From NCBI GenBank assembly GCA_964291405.2, contig OZ219926.1, positions 512,001 through 576,000 of the forward strand: a DNA stretch of 64,000 nt. Direction: 5' to 3'. The translations under genes and the position numbers were made by a program. This DNA is from Thermodesulfobacteriota bacterium. GTDB taxonomy: Bacteria; Desulfobacterota; Binatia; Bin18. This document shows, in pieces, positions 11,439-21,832 of the stretch (positions within the stretch are counted from its first letter, which is position 1; the number at the start of each line of letters is the position of its first letter). The notes under the pieces were generated by a model, which worked only from the letters and a program-made list of their open reading frames with translations, searched no databases and was not told the DNA's origin.

Positions 11439-11804
11439 ATGGCCAGTGATACAGAGCAGGCAGGCGGGGACAGTAATCTTTCAAGAGCGGTTTGGTATTA
11501 CATCAGCGTTGGGGTGCTGTGGCTTGGGTTAATACTTACTGGCCTCGCCTTTGAGCGCCTCGGACTGACCACATCGTATCTGACAGGCATACTCCCAGGC
11601 GAGGTAAACAGCCTCAGGACACAGGTCGCAGAGCTTGAGGGCACCAACAAGGAACTCACCCACGATAGGGACCGCGCGGCGAAAACACGCAACACGCTTG
11701 AGGTCGAGGTGAATAAGCTGAAACGGCTCCAGCGGGAACTCGAGGCCGAGATTGATGCATTGAAAGCCGCGCCTGCCGCAGTGGCCACGCCCTCAGCGTC
11801 ATAG
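11439..11804 (+). CDS. hypothetical single-TM coiled-coil protein
   Basis: RBS GGAGGGG; one hydrophobic helix followed by heptad-rich segment; lies directly upstream of the ABC ATPase. Confidence 0.7.
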   Translation: MASDTEQAGGDSNLSRAVWYYISVGVLWLGLILTGLAFERLGLTTSYLTGILPGEVNSLRTQVAELEGTNKELTHDRDRAAKTRNTLEVEVNKLKRLQRELEAEIDALKAAPAAVATPSAS

Positions 11805-11834
11805 TCCAGCCAGCAAGATTTTTGTAGGGTTTTT

Positions 11835-12794
11835 ATGATCGGCGTTCAGAACGTTACCAAATATTATGGGCAAGTTTGCGCCCTTGACCGAGTTTCCTTT
11901 GATATCAAGAGCGGGGAAATTGTCGGCCTGCTCGGACCAAACGGTTCGGGCAAAACGACGCTCATGCGTATCCTAACCGGATTTTTTTCGGCAACGGAAG
12001 GGACAGTCCACGTGGCCGGGCTTGACGTGTCGACGTCTTCGCTTGCGGTCCGCAACCGTCTGGGCTATCTGCCGGAAAACGTCGTCCTCTACCCGGACAT
12101 GTCGGTCCGAGCATTTCTGAATTTCTGCGCTCGGATCAAGATTAATAGCGTGTCACAGCGGCGCACCAATGTTGAACGCGTCCTCAGCGAGTGCGCGCTT
12201 GAAGACATGGCTCATCGTCAAATGGGAACGCTGTCGAAGGGCTACCGCCAGCGGGTAGGGTTAGCCCAGGCTCTCCTGAGTGAGCCTGAGGTTCTCATCC
12301 TGGACGAGCCGACGGTTGGCCTTGATCCGAACCAAGTGATCGATATCCGTGAGCTCATCAAGGGACTGGGCGGGAAGGCAACCATCCTGCTGTCAAGTCA
12401 TATTCTGCACGAGGTGGAATTGACCTGCGAACGGGTGGTCATTATCGATAAGGGTCGCATCATTGCCGAAGATACCACGGAACGCCTGAGCGAGCGGATT
12501 CAGGGCATGGCAAGCGTGCTGGTCCGAGTGGGCGGACCGCGTCAAAGCGTTCTGCATGCACTACGGGCGATCAAGGCGGTCGCCCAAGTCACCGAGCAAA
12601 ACAAGAAAGACGGTGACGGACCAGAGGATGCTGTTTTTACGGTTCAGTCCTCCAATCAAGATATCGCCCGAGAGGTTGCCCAGACAGTAATCAATAACGG
12701 CTGGGCTCTGCATGAGCTCAGACCGGTCACCCTCGACCTTGAAGCCCTTTTTGTCCGTTTGACCAGAAGAGCAGAGCAAAAGGAGGCGGCGTGA
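11835..12794 (+). CDS. ABC transporter ATP-binding protein (GldA-like)
   Basis: Walker A GPNGSGKTT; signature LSKGYRQRVGLAQA; LILDEPT; SSHIL. Confidence 0.93.
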   Translation: MIGVQNVTKYYGQVCALDRVSFDIKSGEIVGLLGPNGSGKTTLMRILTGFFSATEGTVHVAGLDVSTSSLAVRNRLGYLPENVVLYPDMSVRAFLNFCARIKINSVSQRRTNVERVLSECALEDMAHRQMGTLSKGYRQRVGLAQALLSEPEVLILDEPTVGLDPNQVIDIRELIKGLGGKATILLSSHILHEVELTCERVVIIDKGRIIAEDTTERLSERIQGMASVLVRVGGPRQSVLHALRAIKAVAQVTEQNKKDGDGPEDAVFTVQSSNQDIAREVAQTVINNGWALHELRPVTLDLEALFVRLTRRAEQKEAA

Positions 12795-12888
12795 AGAGTC
12801 ACGGAGCCCGTCACATCTCAGCATCGAGGTCAGGCGATCAGCGTCATCGGGTAGAGAGTGGATAAGACATCTTATAAAAGGTGGGACG

Positions 12889-13638
12889 ATGTTTGCGAAT
12901 TTTTGGGCCGTCCTGAATAAGGAATTACGCTCGTATTTTCTGTCGCCGTTTATTTATCTGATCTCGGCGGTCTTCCTGTTGCTGAGTGGCTATTATTTTT
13001 ACTCCGACCTGGTTTTCTATGTCCAGTTTGGCTTTGGTCTGAATATCATGGAAAACTTTTGGCAGCTCATGTTCACCGACCTGCGTCTGGTCATCATGCT
13101 CACCGTCCCCTTCCTGACCATGCGTCTCTTCGCCGAAGAAAAACGGCTCGGCACGATCGAACTCTTGCTGACCTATCCGATGCGTGACGCCGACCTCTTT
13201 TGGGGCAAATTTGTCGCGTGTGCTATTGCCACGCTGTTTATGCTGTCATTCACTCTGATCTATCCAGTGTTGATGTTTGCCCTGCAACCGTTCAATTGGA
13301 CGCTGATAGTGCCTGGCTATGTTGGGCTGGTGATGCTCTCCCTGGCGTTTATCGCCTGTGGCCTGTTTATTTCGTCTCTCACGGATAACATCGTCGTTGC
13401 AGGTTTGGGTTCGCTCGGGACGCTGCTCTTTTTTTGGATTCTGAGCTGGAATGACGGGGCAACGCAATTCGGGCTCATCAGCACGATTGCCTCCGTCTCC
13501 ATGGTCACCCACTTCCAGAGCTTTGCTCTTGGGTTCATCGATGCAAAAGAAATCACCTTCTTTTTGCTCTTTATTATCTTTTTCAGCTTTCTGACCCTTC
13601 GCTCCCTGGAAGCGCGACAGTGGAGGGGACGCCGATGA
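12889..13638 (+). CDS. ABC-2 type permease (GldF-like)
   Basis: KELRSYFLSP and TMRLFAEEKRLGTIELLLTYP motifs; about 6 TM helices. Confidence 0.9.
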   Translation: MFANFWAVLNKELRSYFLSPFIYLISAVFLLLSGYYFYSDLVFYVQFGFGLNIMENFWQLMFTDLRLVIMLTVPFLTMRLFAEEKRLGTIELLLTYPMRDADLFWGKFVACAIATLFMLSFTLIYPVLMFALQPFNWTLIVPGYVGLVMLSLAFIACGLFISSLTDNIVVAGLGSLGTLLFFWILSWNDGATQFGLISTIASVSMVTHFQSFALGFIDAKEITFFLLFIIFFSFLTLRSLEARQWRGRR

Positions 13639-14999
13639 ATGCCAACGTTCGCAACACGATTAAACTCATTATTGGAACTCTGGGATTCTTTGCTCTGATT
13701 GTTGCTGTCCAATCTATCCTATCTGAATACAATCAGCGGCTTGACCTGACTCCACAGAAAAAGTTTACGCTCTCGCCGCGGGCGCAACAGGTCGTATCCG
13801 ACCTGAAACGCGATGTCCAGGTCATGGCCTTTGTTCACAGTGACCGTCCGGAAAATTTCTTTATCAAGGACATGCTCAGCCGCATGGCCAACCTCTCGCC
13901 GCACTTCAACTACAGTATTGTTGACATCAATCGGAATCCTGCCCTGGCCCGGGAATACCAGGCTACCCAATACGGAACCATGGTGTTTGAGTCGAGCGGG
14001 ATACGCAAAGGGACGCTGCTGGGTAGGGGCGAATCCGCAGCCGTTGCCACCCTGCTTCAGGTTTCGCGTGCACCAGGCGACAAAGTTATTTACTTTCTGA
14101 CCGGGCACGGGGAGGCGGCTCTGGCCGACGCCTCCCCGCAGCGGGGCTATAGCAAGCTCCGGGGGGCCCTGGTTGATGAGTTTTATGATGAGAAAAGCCT
14201 CTCACTCGGAGAGAGCGGAGCGGTCCCGGAGGATGCGACTGCGGTTGTCATCTTCGGCCCAACATCTGAGTTTCTCCCGTTTGAGTTGGAAGCACTGGAC
14301 GTCTATGTGCGGCGTGGTGGCGCCCTGTTCGTATTGCTCGATCCGGACAGCTCGCCCTCATTTGTTACCTTTCTTGAGAGATACGGCATTAGCCTGCCCC
14401 CCCTTATTGCAGTCGATCCCACTAAGCGTCTGTTTGCCGGCGAGATGTTGACCTTCCGGGCTTCCGCCACCAAGAAGCCGCACCCGATGATCCGCTCGGT
14501 TAATGCGCCGCCTATTTTTTCACTCGCCCGCGTGGTGTACATGGAGCCAGATGAGGAAAAGGGCCTGATGGCCACAGCTATTCTGGCTACCTCGCCCCAG
14601 GGCTGGGCCAGTGCCCAGGAAAACATCCCACGCACCGGGATTACAAAATTTGAGGAGGGGCGGGACTTTCGTGGCCCAATTCCTATTGCCGGTGAGATGG
14701 CTATTCGGACTGAGGATGCGCTCGGACGTATTGTGGTGTTTGGCGATGCGGATTTTGTCAATAATAATTTAGTCGAACAGGGCGGCAATAAAGACCTCTT
14801 CATCAATGCCATCAATTGGCTCGCCGATGACCAAACTCAGATGGCGGCCAGGCCGGAGACACAACAGTCGGGCGTCAATCAACTCTTTCTCTCCTCGGAT
14901 CAAATTCAGACCGTTCTTGTCACAAGCACCGTCATCGTGCCAGGCTCTTTCTTGTTAATCGGGGTGGGTGTCTTTACGTGGCGGAGGTATCACGGATGA
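13635..14999 (+). CDS. GldG-like ABC transporter auxiliary protein
   Basis: RLDLT..KFTLS, IYFLTGHGE, VFGDADFVNN, NKDLFINAINWL; N- and C-terminal TM helices; ATGA overlap with the permease. Confidence 0.88.
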   Translation: MNANVRNTIKLIIGTLGFFALIVAVQSILSEYNQRLDLTPQKKFTLSPRAQQVVSDLKRDVQVMAFVHSDRPENFFIKDMLSRMANLSPHFNYSIVDINRNPALAREYQATQYGTMVFESSGIRKGTLLGRGESAAVATLLQVSRAPGDKVIYFLTGHGEAALADASPQRGYSKLRGALVDEFYDEKSLSLGESGAVPEDATAVVIFGPTSEFLPFELEALDVYVRRGGALFVLLDPDSSPSFVTFLERYGISLPPLIAVDPTKRLFAGEMLTFRASATKKPHPMIRSVNAPPIFSLARVVYMEPDEEKGLMATAILATSPQGWASAQENIPRTGITKFEEGRDFRGPIPIAGEMAIRTEDALGRIVVFGDADFVNNNLVEQGGNKDLFINAINWLADDQTQMAARPETQQSGVNQLFLSSDQIQTVLVTSTVIVPGSFLLIGVGVFTWRRYHG

Positions 15000-15574
15000 C
15001 GTGGCAGCGGGTTGGGCTATACTACATTCTTGCCGTTGTACTCGGTGGATATTATCTCCTCTTTGAATGGCGTCCGGGCGGCCCGGAGGCGCCTATCTTT
15101 GAACCGCGTCCAGTCCGGGAGGGGACTTTTCTCACCCTCAAACGCGGCACGATTCATAGGCTCTCCATCCATCGCCAGAAGCACACCTTTGTCTCGCAGC
15201 GCAGCGAGGCTCAGCCGGGTGAGACTCAGGCGGAGTGGCGGACCCTTGAGCCGTCAGGTGCACCGGTCACCTCTGCGCTTGTGATCAGTTTTATTGAAAA
15301 CCTCACCCCGGATAGAAAGGTACCCATCGTCCATGAGGCCCCGGAGGATTTGACATCGTACGGTCTGGCCCCCCCTGCTTCAACCGTCATCGTTGAAGGC
15401 GATGGAGAGCAAGGCAAAGAAACCGTTTTCATTGGCGGCTATAATCCGACAAAAACGGCCGTCTATGCCCGTAAAGACGGCTCTCCCGAAGTGCTCCTAT
15501 TGGGCTATAATGTGAAATATTACGAAGACCTTATCTTTCAGGCGACACGGCGTGATACGGAAGAGAGTTCCTAA
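14996..15574 (+). CDS. DUF4340-like protein
   Basis: N-terminal TM; DLTSYGLAPP and IGGYNPTKTAVYAR motifs; usual position after GldG-like gene; ATGA overlap. Confidence 0.75.
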   Translation: MTWQRVGLYYILAVVLGGYYLLFEWRPGGPEAPIFEPRPVREGTFLTLKRGTIHRLSIHRQKHTFVSQRSEAQPGETQAEWRTLEPSGAPVTSALVISFIENLTPDRKVPIVHEAPEDLTSYGLAPPASTVIVEGDGEQGKETVFIGGYNPTKTAVYARKDGSPEVLLLGYNVKYYEDLIFQATRRDTEESS

Positions 15575-15617
15575 TCGGCGACCAGTCTTAAGCCGCCGCC
15601 CGAGCAAGAAGAGTCAG

Positions 15618-16184
15618 ATGAACAAGCACTCTCGGCGGTCTTGTTCAAGGCTGCTTACATTATCGCTTTTGTTTATCTGGCTCGCTGTGCTGCCCGGCTG
15701 CCAGTTTGAAGAAATAAGTATCCAGGACGACCTGACGACGTATATGGACCAGGCTCGCCTCTGGGCGGCGACCGAGGCAAAAATTAACAACGCGATCGCC
15801 AGCGCCCGAGAAGACCAGTTCGTTCATGACGACTTTGTACTGGAAACTATGCGCCCGGCAATTGGGGTCGCCCGGGAGTATGTTGTCGAGTTAGAGCGCT
15901 ATGAACCACAGTCCCCGGCCCTGATGCAGATACATCAGGGCTATATCGAATCCTGGCGCGCCCATGAGTTCGCCCTGGTGTCGGTCGTTGATGCGGTTGA
16001 GCGACAGGATTACATTCAGCTCTCACGGGCGAACGATGAGCTGCTGGAGGCGCAGCGCTCGGTTTCGGATGTTCTTGCCGCTCTTGCGCGGCTGCTGCGT
16101 GAAGCGGGCCTGGCCCCGGACACGCCGACCGGACGGCCGCTCGCCCCCCCGCGTGAGGGATTCAGCATTGACCCCTCTTCCTGA
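15618..16184 (+). CDS. hypothetical helical lipoprotein
   Basis: Basic N-terminus, hydrophobic stretch and lipobox LPGC; helical mature region. Confidence 0.65.
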   Translation: MNKHSRRSCSRLLTLSLLFIWLAVLPGCQFEEISIQDDLTTYMDQARLWAATEAKINNAIASAREDQFVHDDFVLETMRPAIGVAREYVVELERYEPQSPALMQIHQGYIESWRAHEFALVSVVDAVERQDYIQLSRANDELLEAQRSVSDVLAALARLLREAGLAPDTPTGRPLAPPREGFSIDPSS

Positions 16185-16373
16185 AAATACCTATTTCAGG
16201 ACGGCAAAAACACAGTCCCATCAAAGCCTGGCAAAAGACCCTGGATTTCCTCCCCTTCCGCAGTAGTAGAAAAAAACCTGCCGCTGAGCTATTGATCCTT
16301 ATCCCCACACTCCATATTACAGTGGGGAAGAAATCCCACTCAGGGCAGAGGTTTTCGAAAGGAGGCTTATATT

Positions 16374-17672
16374 ATGAAGCTGAGAGCAAATTTTTTCGCC
16401 GCGGTCGTATGCGCGGCAGCGGTAAGCTGGGTCGTCCCAGCCGCCGCGAACTTCCCCCAACCGGGGGATGTTGTCGATCAGAGCAATATGGCCGAGGCGG
16501 CTGATGTCCTCAATCCAACGGCAAACTGGATGATCAACCAGGGCATGAAGATGAAGGTCATCGAGTACCGCAAATACGAATGGCCCAGGTTGTACTCAGA
16601 GGCTACAGAAAAATTTGCCGGTCAAGTGAATTTGTCAGAAGATGGTCGGACGTTGACCAACTACGTCGCTGGGTGCCCGTTTCCTAACATTGACGTCAAC
16701 GATCCCCTCGCTGGCGCCAAGGCGATGTGGAACCACGAGTACTTTCCCGATTTCACGGACAACGTGGGCTGCCCCTGGATTCTCGAGCTTGTGAACTACA
16801 AGGGCGAGATGGAGCGCTTCTACGCCTCGCACTTCTGGCGGCGTATGAAGTGGGAAGGTCGGCTGGTCATGGACCCGAAGCCGATCGCGCCGTTTAACCC
16901 ACAGATCACCTATACCGAGCAATGGGGACCGCTGTACGCCCCCAACGATCTGAAGGGCGCCGGCGTGCTGAACTTCCGGTATACCCCGCTCGAAAATCCG
17001 GATGACTCGTATATGTATCTGCCCGAACTGCGCCGTGTACGTCGTATCAGTGTGGCGAACCGCTCAGACGCCTTCTGGGGCACGGACATCGATATCGACT
17101 CGATTTGGGGCTTCAACGCCAAGCCCGGCTACTGGACGTGGCGCGTCTTAGCCGAGAAAGAGACTCTTATGTCGGCCCATTCAGGCCATTATCAGAGTCG
17201 AGCCGTATGGGCCGCTGCACCGGACGGCCGGAGCGGGGCGACTGCCTTCCTGTGGTCAGACCAAGTGCAGTGGGAACGTCGGCCGGTATGGGTCGTCGAA
17301 GGCATCCCGACCGGGTATAACCAGTATGCCTACTCCAAGCGGGTTATCTACCTCGACAAGGAGTATTTCAACACCTCATGGTCAGAGACGTATGATCAGG
17401 GTGGTGAGATCTGGAAAACCTGGACTCAGCTCATGAATATTTCGACGAAGCCCTCAGACAAGTATATTGCGGCAGACTACGACGAGGAGCAGGTCTTTAC
17501 CCACAACGGTCAGGTGATCGATATGCAGATTACCCATAGCTCCAAGTGGGACTGCCCTCCGGGCTATGACGAATACTACGTGCCGAAGTATGACTGGTAC
17601 TTCAATACCGCCAAGGAGTGGAACACGCCTGAGGCGTTCACCGTGAATTTCCTGATCCAGAGCGCTCGCTAA
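16374..17672 (+). CDS. DUF1329 family periplasmic protein, copy 2
   Basis: RBS AAGGAGG; signal peptide; clear paralog of 9985-11310 (shares YMYLPELRRVRRISVANRSDAFWGTD and C-terminal NFLIQSAR). Confidence 0.88.
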   Translation: MKLRANFFAAVVCAAAVSWVVPAAANFPQPGDVVDQSNMAEAADVLNPTANWMINQGMKMKVIEYRKYEWPRLYSEATEKFAGQVNLSEDGRTLTNYVAGCPFPNIDVNDPLAGAKAMWNHEYFPDFTDNVGCPWILELVNYKGEMERFYASHFWRRMKWEGRLVMDPKPIAPFNPQITYTEQWGPLYAPNDLKGAGVLNFRYTPLENPDDSYMYLPELRRVRRISVANRSDAFWGTDIDIDSIWGFNAKPGYWTWRVLAEKETLMSAHSGHYQSRAVWAAAPDGRSGATAFLWSDQVQWERRPVWVVEGIPTGYNQYAYSKRVIYLDKEYFNTSWSETYDQGGEIWKTWTQLMNISTKPSDKYIAADYDEEQVFTHNGQVIDMQITHSSKWDCPPGYDEYYVPKYDWYFNTAKEWNTPEAFTVNFLIQSAR

Positions 17673-17701
17673 ACGTCACAGCCCCCTGCCCTGTTGTGAT
17701 G

Positions 17702-17739
17702 AAAAAATCCCCCGTACAACCCTGTACGGGGGATTTTTA
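17702..17739. terminator. bidirectional intrinsic terminator-like hairpin
   Basis: AAAAAATCCCCCGTACA-ACCC-TGTACGGGGGATTTTTA. Confidence 0.8.
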
Positions 17740-17912
17740 TTTTGATAAGAGGGTTCTTCGTTTTGAGGAGGAAAGTGGCGACAAGGTCGAGGCAACCATA
17801 CTCCATCGTCCCTTGACTTTTGTCGTAAAAAAATGCAAAGGACGGAAGGCACGAAATCTTGTTGGGGAGTCCTCGTGCAAGTCGTCCACACCAAAAGGGA
17901 GGTCACCACATT

Positions 17913-19048
17913 ATGAATACCAATAGGGCCTGCTTGGCCCGGAGATGCACCAGCCTTTTCGCCTTGCTGTTTACTCTTGCGACCCTACTTGGCCTGGCGG
18001 GCTGTCACGGAGGACAGCCAACCGAATGGAGCACATCATTGCTTGCGCGGACCGACAAATTTTTTGGTGCAGCCCACGTCACGGACGACACCTTTGTCGT
18101 TGTGGGCTACGCCGGACGCATCCTGCGGACTGAAGATGCGGGAAACACCTGGGCAGACGTTGATAGCGGTGTGATCTGGTCGCTCAACAACGTCAGCTTC
18201 TCCGGTGAGCATGGCTGGGCAGTCGGCCATAATGGGGCCGTCATTCACTCTCGGGACGGCGGGAAAACGTGGGCTCCACAAACCGCGGACACGGACAAGA
18301 CCCTGATGGCGGTCTCCTTTGTTGACCAACTGCACGGCTGGGCGTGTGGCGATGAATCAACCTGGATGTGGACCGACAACGGTGGAGAAACCTGGAACGT
18401 CGAGCGTATGGACGTGTCCCAGATCGGCCTGTCCGAGTTCACCAGTCTGGCCGTGCCTGACATCATCTATTACAGCGTGCAGTTTCTGGACAAAAACACC
18501 GGCTGGATAGTCGGTGAATACGGCAATGTCCGCTATACCACGGATGGCGGCAAAACCTGGGGGGCACAGCACGACACTCTGCTCGATGAACTCGTTGAGC
18601 AGGGGGCGTGCGGGACGTCATGGTGATGGGTGCGTTTTTCAAGGTACACTTTAGTGACCCCGATAATGGAGTGATGGTCGGCGCCGGTGGGGCGATTGCG
18701 AAAACCACTGACGGCGGTCAGAACTGGACCTGGATCGCGCGTGAGGGCAGCAATGCAGATGTCCCGGCACTGCATCTCTACGATGTTGATACGCCGGGTG
18801 GAAACGGTCGCCTTGTCCTCGCTGGCATGAATGCGGTCGTGCTTGATACCACCGACAGCGGGGCCAACTGGGGTCCGACCCAGACGCCGGATGGGGTCTA
18901 CACCTGGATCAATGCTGTTGCGTTTGGGGAAAATGGCAAGGGCGTTCTGGTCGGCGGGAAAGGCACCATCATGATCACCAGCGATGGGGGCAAGAGTTGG
19001 GAGGTGGTTGAGCAGGAAGTGGAAGAAGAGGAGGCCGCCGCGCATTAG
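17913..19048 (+). CDS. YCF48-like BNR/Asp-box beta-propeller lipoprotein (1 bp frameshift near 18602-18608)
   Basis: Lipobox LAGC; repeated S/TxDGGxTW Asp-boxes continue across two ORFs (17859-18626, 18608-19048) joined at a G5 run. Confidence 0.85.
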
Positions 19049-19116
19049 TTCGGCGGCTGAACGTCGGCGCACAGCAGCATCACGCAGAGTGAAAGATTAG
19101 CAAAAAGGAGAAAACC

Positions 19117-21507
19117 GTGGCTGAGAGAAAGATACCGACTATTGAAGAGCTCGAAGCGCATTCCAGGGATCGTGCCGCCCTCTATCGTTTGGGAGAGGGC
19201 CTGATCCGCAACCGCTTTCTGATCACGATCGGGGTGTTGCTTATCACCGGCTTTATGGCCTGGCAGGCGTTATCGATCCAAATGTCGACCAGCTTTAACG
19301 ATCTGCTGCCCTACCGCCATCCGTTTGTCCGCGTGCATTTCCGCTTTGCCGATCAATTCGGCGGGGCGAACAATGTGAACGTGATGCTGAAAGTGGATAA
19401 GGGTGACGTCTTCACAGTCGGTCTGCTCAGAAAAGTCTACGATATGACGCAGGCCATGGACCGCGTCACCGGGGTGAACCACGACCAGATCGAGTCGATC
19501 GGCCACCGCACGACGCGTTATCTCACCGTGTCAGGAGGAACGATCGCCACTCCCCCGGTCATGCGGCGTCCACCCAAGACGGACCGGGAAGTCGCCGAAA
19601 TCCAGGAGATTTGCTACAACACCGAAACCATTTACGGCCAGTTGGTCTCCCTGAACGGTCAGGCCCTCCTGCTGAAAGCCAACTTCATTGAGGGTAGACT
19701 TGACTACAGGACCGTCTTTGAAGAGATTCGCCGGACCGTCAAAGAACCGTTTGAGACTGCCGAGGAGACGATCTGGGTGGCCGGCGAGCCCCAGCTCTAC
19801 GGCTGGATCTACTACTACGCGAACGAGGTGTTCTACATCTTCCTCGCCGCGGCGGCAGTGTGCTGGATTTTGCTCTACCTGTACTTCCACGATTGGCGGG
19901 GGGCATTGCGCCCGACCATCACCGGCGTTGTATCGGCCTTTTGGGGTCTGGGTATCCAGGCCATGATGGGCTTCTCCATGGACCCGCTGGCTTTGGTGAT
20001 TCCATTCTTTGTCACGGCCCGGGCCATAAGCCATTCGGTGCAGATGCACGAACGCTATTATGAGGAATACCACAAGTGGCAGTGGAATAAGGAAAAGGCG
20101 ATTGTCGCCGCGTTTGCCGAATTATTCGTGCCAACCCTGAGCGGTATTATTACCGACTCGTTGGGCATGCTCGTCATCGTGGTTGTGCCGGTGGTCATCC
20201 TGCAGAAGATCGCCATCTCGGCCTCGATCTGGGTCGCCTCGGTGGCGATCAGCGAACTGCTCATGAACCCGGTGGTGTACTACTACCTCAACGCGCCTGA
20301 CCCGGAAAAGGTCCTGAAACGCGAGAACGGCTGGTTCCAGCGTTTTGCCGACGTATGCGCAGCCTGGATCACGACGCCCAAAAACGCCAGGATGATTGTT
20401 ATCTTCTGGGTTGTTTCCTTTCTCATTGCCCTGACCCAGATTCGGCACCTTACCATCGGCGACCCGACCGCGGCCACGCCGCTGTTGCATCTGGAGTCGC
20501 CGTATAATCAGGCTCATATCGAGATTCAGAAGTATTTCGGTGGAATTGAGCCCCTCATAATTGTGGTTGAGGGACGAGACAAAGAAGTGCTCAAGAACCC
20601 CGATTTATTGCGGCAACTTGAAAAATTCCAGCGTCACATGGAACGCGACAGGGACATTGGCTACAGCTTCTCGCTGGCTGACATCATTCAGGCCATTAAT
20701 ATGACTTTCTATGATATGCAGCCACGCTGGGGCTCCATCCCGGCCAGTTCCCGGCGGGTGAGTTCGCTCTTCTTCTACTATTTTGCCGGAACACCACCCG
20801 GCGAGTCATCGAAATTTCTCGACCCGAGCTATACGGTTTCACGGGTGACGTTCTACTGCGCCAATCACCAGGGAGATAATATCGCCCGGATTATCCAGGA
20901 AGCGCGGAAATTCGTTGCCGACAATCCCCTGCCCAATGCAGACTGGCGTCTGGCCGGTGGTTTGATCGGGGTGACGGCCGCGGCGAATGAAGAGATCCTC
21001 AAAAACAACCTGTATATGCACGGCCTGGGTTTTGGGACGATCTTCCTGATCGTGATGTTTACCTACCGTTCCCCGGTCGCCGCAGTTGTGATGATGATCG
21101 GCCTGTTTCTGGCCGACGGTGTGGTGAATGCGTATATGGGTTTCCGTAATATCGGCATCAACTTGCAGTCGCTGCCGGTGGTGACCGTCGGGGTGGGATT
21201 CGGCATTGACTACGCCTTATATATCGTCAGTCGAGCGGTGGAAGAGTATGACGGCGATATCAACGACGCCGTCCGCCTGGGACTTGCGACAGCGGGGAAA
21301 GCCGTGGCCTTTACTGCGGCAACCCTGATCACCGCGACGGTCCTGTGGGCATTCTCGAACATTCGCTTCTGTTCGGAAATGGGCCTGCTGCTGGCGTTGT
21401 GGATGGGTATCAGCTTCCTCGGCGCCTGTACCTTTGTCCCGTCGGCATTGGTGCTCTGGCATCCGAAGTTCTTTGTTCGGGCGGCCAGGGAAGGTATTAT
21501 TGCCTAA
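19117..21507 (+). CDS. MMPL/RND family transporter (copy 2)
   Basis: RBS AAGGAG with GTG start; paralog of 7319-9748 (ARAISHSVQMHERYYEEY, GVGFGIDYALY). Confidence 0.9.
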   Translation: MAERKIPTIEELEAHSRDRAALYRLGEGLIRNRFLITIGVLLITGFMAWQALSIQMSTSFNDLLPYRHPFVRVHFRFADQFGGANNVNVMLKVDKGDVFTVGLLRKVYDMTQAMDRVTGVNHDQIESIGHRTTRYLTVSGGTIATPPVMRRPPKTDREVAEIQEICYNTETIYGQLVSLNGQALLLKANFIEGRLDYRTVFEEIRRTVKEPFETAEETIWVAGEPQLYGWIYYYANEVFYIFLAAAAVCWILLYLYFHDWRGALRPTITGVVSAFWGLGIQAMMGFSMDPLALVIPFFVTARAISHSVQMHERYYEEYHKWQWNKEKAIVAAFAELFVPTLSGIITDSLGMLVIVVVPVVILQKIAISASIWVASVAISELLMNPVVYYYLNAPDPEKVLKRENGWFQRFADVCAAWITTPKNARMIVIFWVVSFLIALTQIRHLTIGDPTAATPLLHLESPYNQAHIEIQKYFGGIEPLIIVVEGRDKEVLKNPDLLRQLEKFQRHMERDRDIGYSFSLADIIQAINMTFYDMQPRWGSIPASSRRVSSLFFYYFAGTPPGESSKFLDPSYTVSRVTFYCANHQGDNIARIIQEARKFVADNPLPNADWRLAGGLIGVTAAANEEILKNNLYMHGLGFGTIFLIVMFTYRSPVAAVVMMIGLFLADGVVNAYMGFRNIGINLQSLPVVTVGVGFGIDYALYIVSRAVEEYDGDINDAVRLGLATAGKAVAFTAATLITATVLWAFSNIRFCSEMGLLLALWMGISFLGACTFVPSALVLWHPKFFVRAAREGIIA

Positions 21508-21534
21508 AACCGCTATCCCTTCTTGACTGAAGGC

Positions 21535-21569
21535 AAAAGAGGCAGCCTCATGAGGCTGCCTCTTTTTTT
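21535..21569 (+). terminator. intrinsic terminator
   Basis: AAAAGAGGCAGCCTCATGAGGCTGCCTCTTTTTTT. Confidence 0.85.
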
Positions 21570-21832
21570 GTCCAAAGACTGGCACAGTGGCGGAACTGAA
21601 CGCGCACCCGGACGCCTTGAAAAAGATATTGGAAGAGCGGGGCTGAGATAACGTCGAAAGACTCAAGCGACGCTCCACTGGAGTACCCCCCCTACTTATC
21701 GTAGGAGCCACTCAAAGCAGGTCGTCTATATGTGAGAATGGACCGGGGGGGACAGGCGCGCGGTCACAATAGCCACGCGCGAGTTGTTACTAATAATGCG
21801 AAAAGGCAATCTGGAAAACAAAGCGGAGAGCT

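Noticed and set aside
11835-14999. Gliding motility machinery
   Set aside because: GldA/F/G-like ABC sets are common outside Bacteroidota, and no gldK/L/M/N or spr genes are present
18602-18608. Phase-variable poly-G tract in the YCF48-like gene
   Set aside because: A run of 5-6 G is too short for typical slipped-strand phase variation; a homopolymer sequencing error is more likely
21570-21830. Possible ncRNA in the gap after MMPL-2
   Set aside because: No recognisable RNA family motif or convincing extended structure by eye
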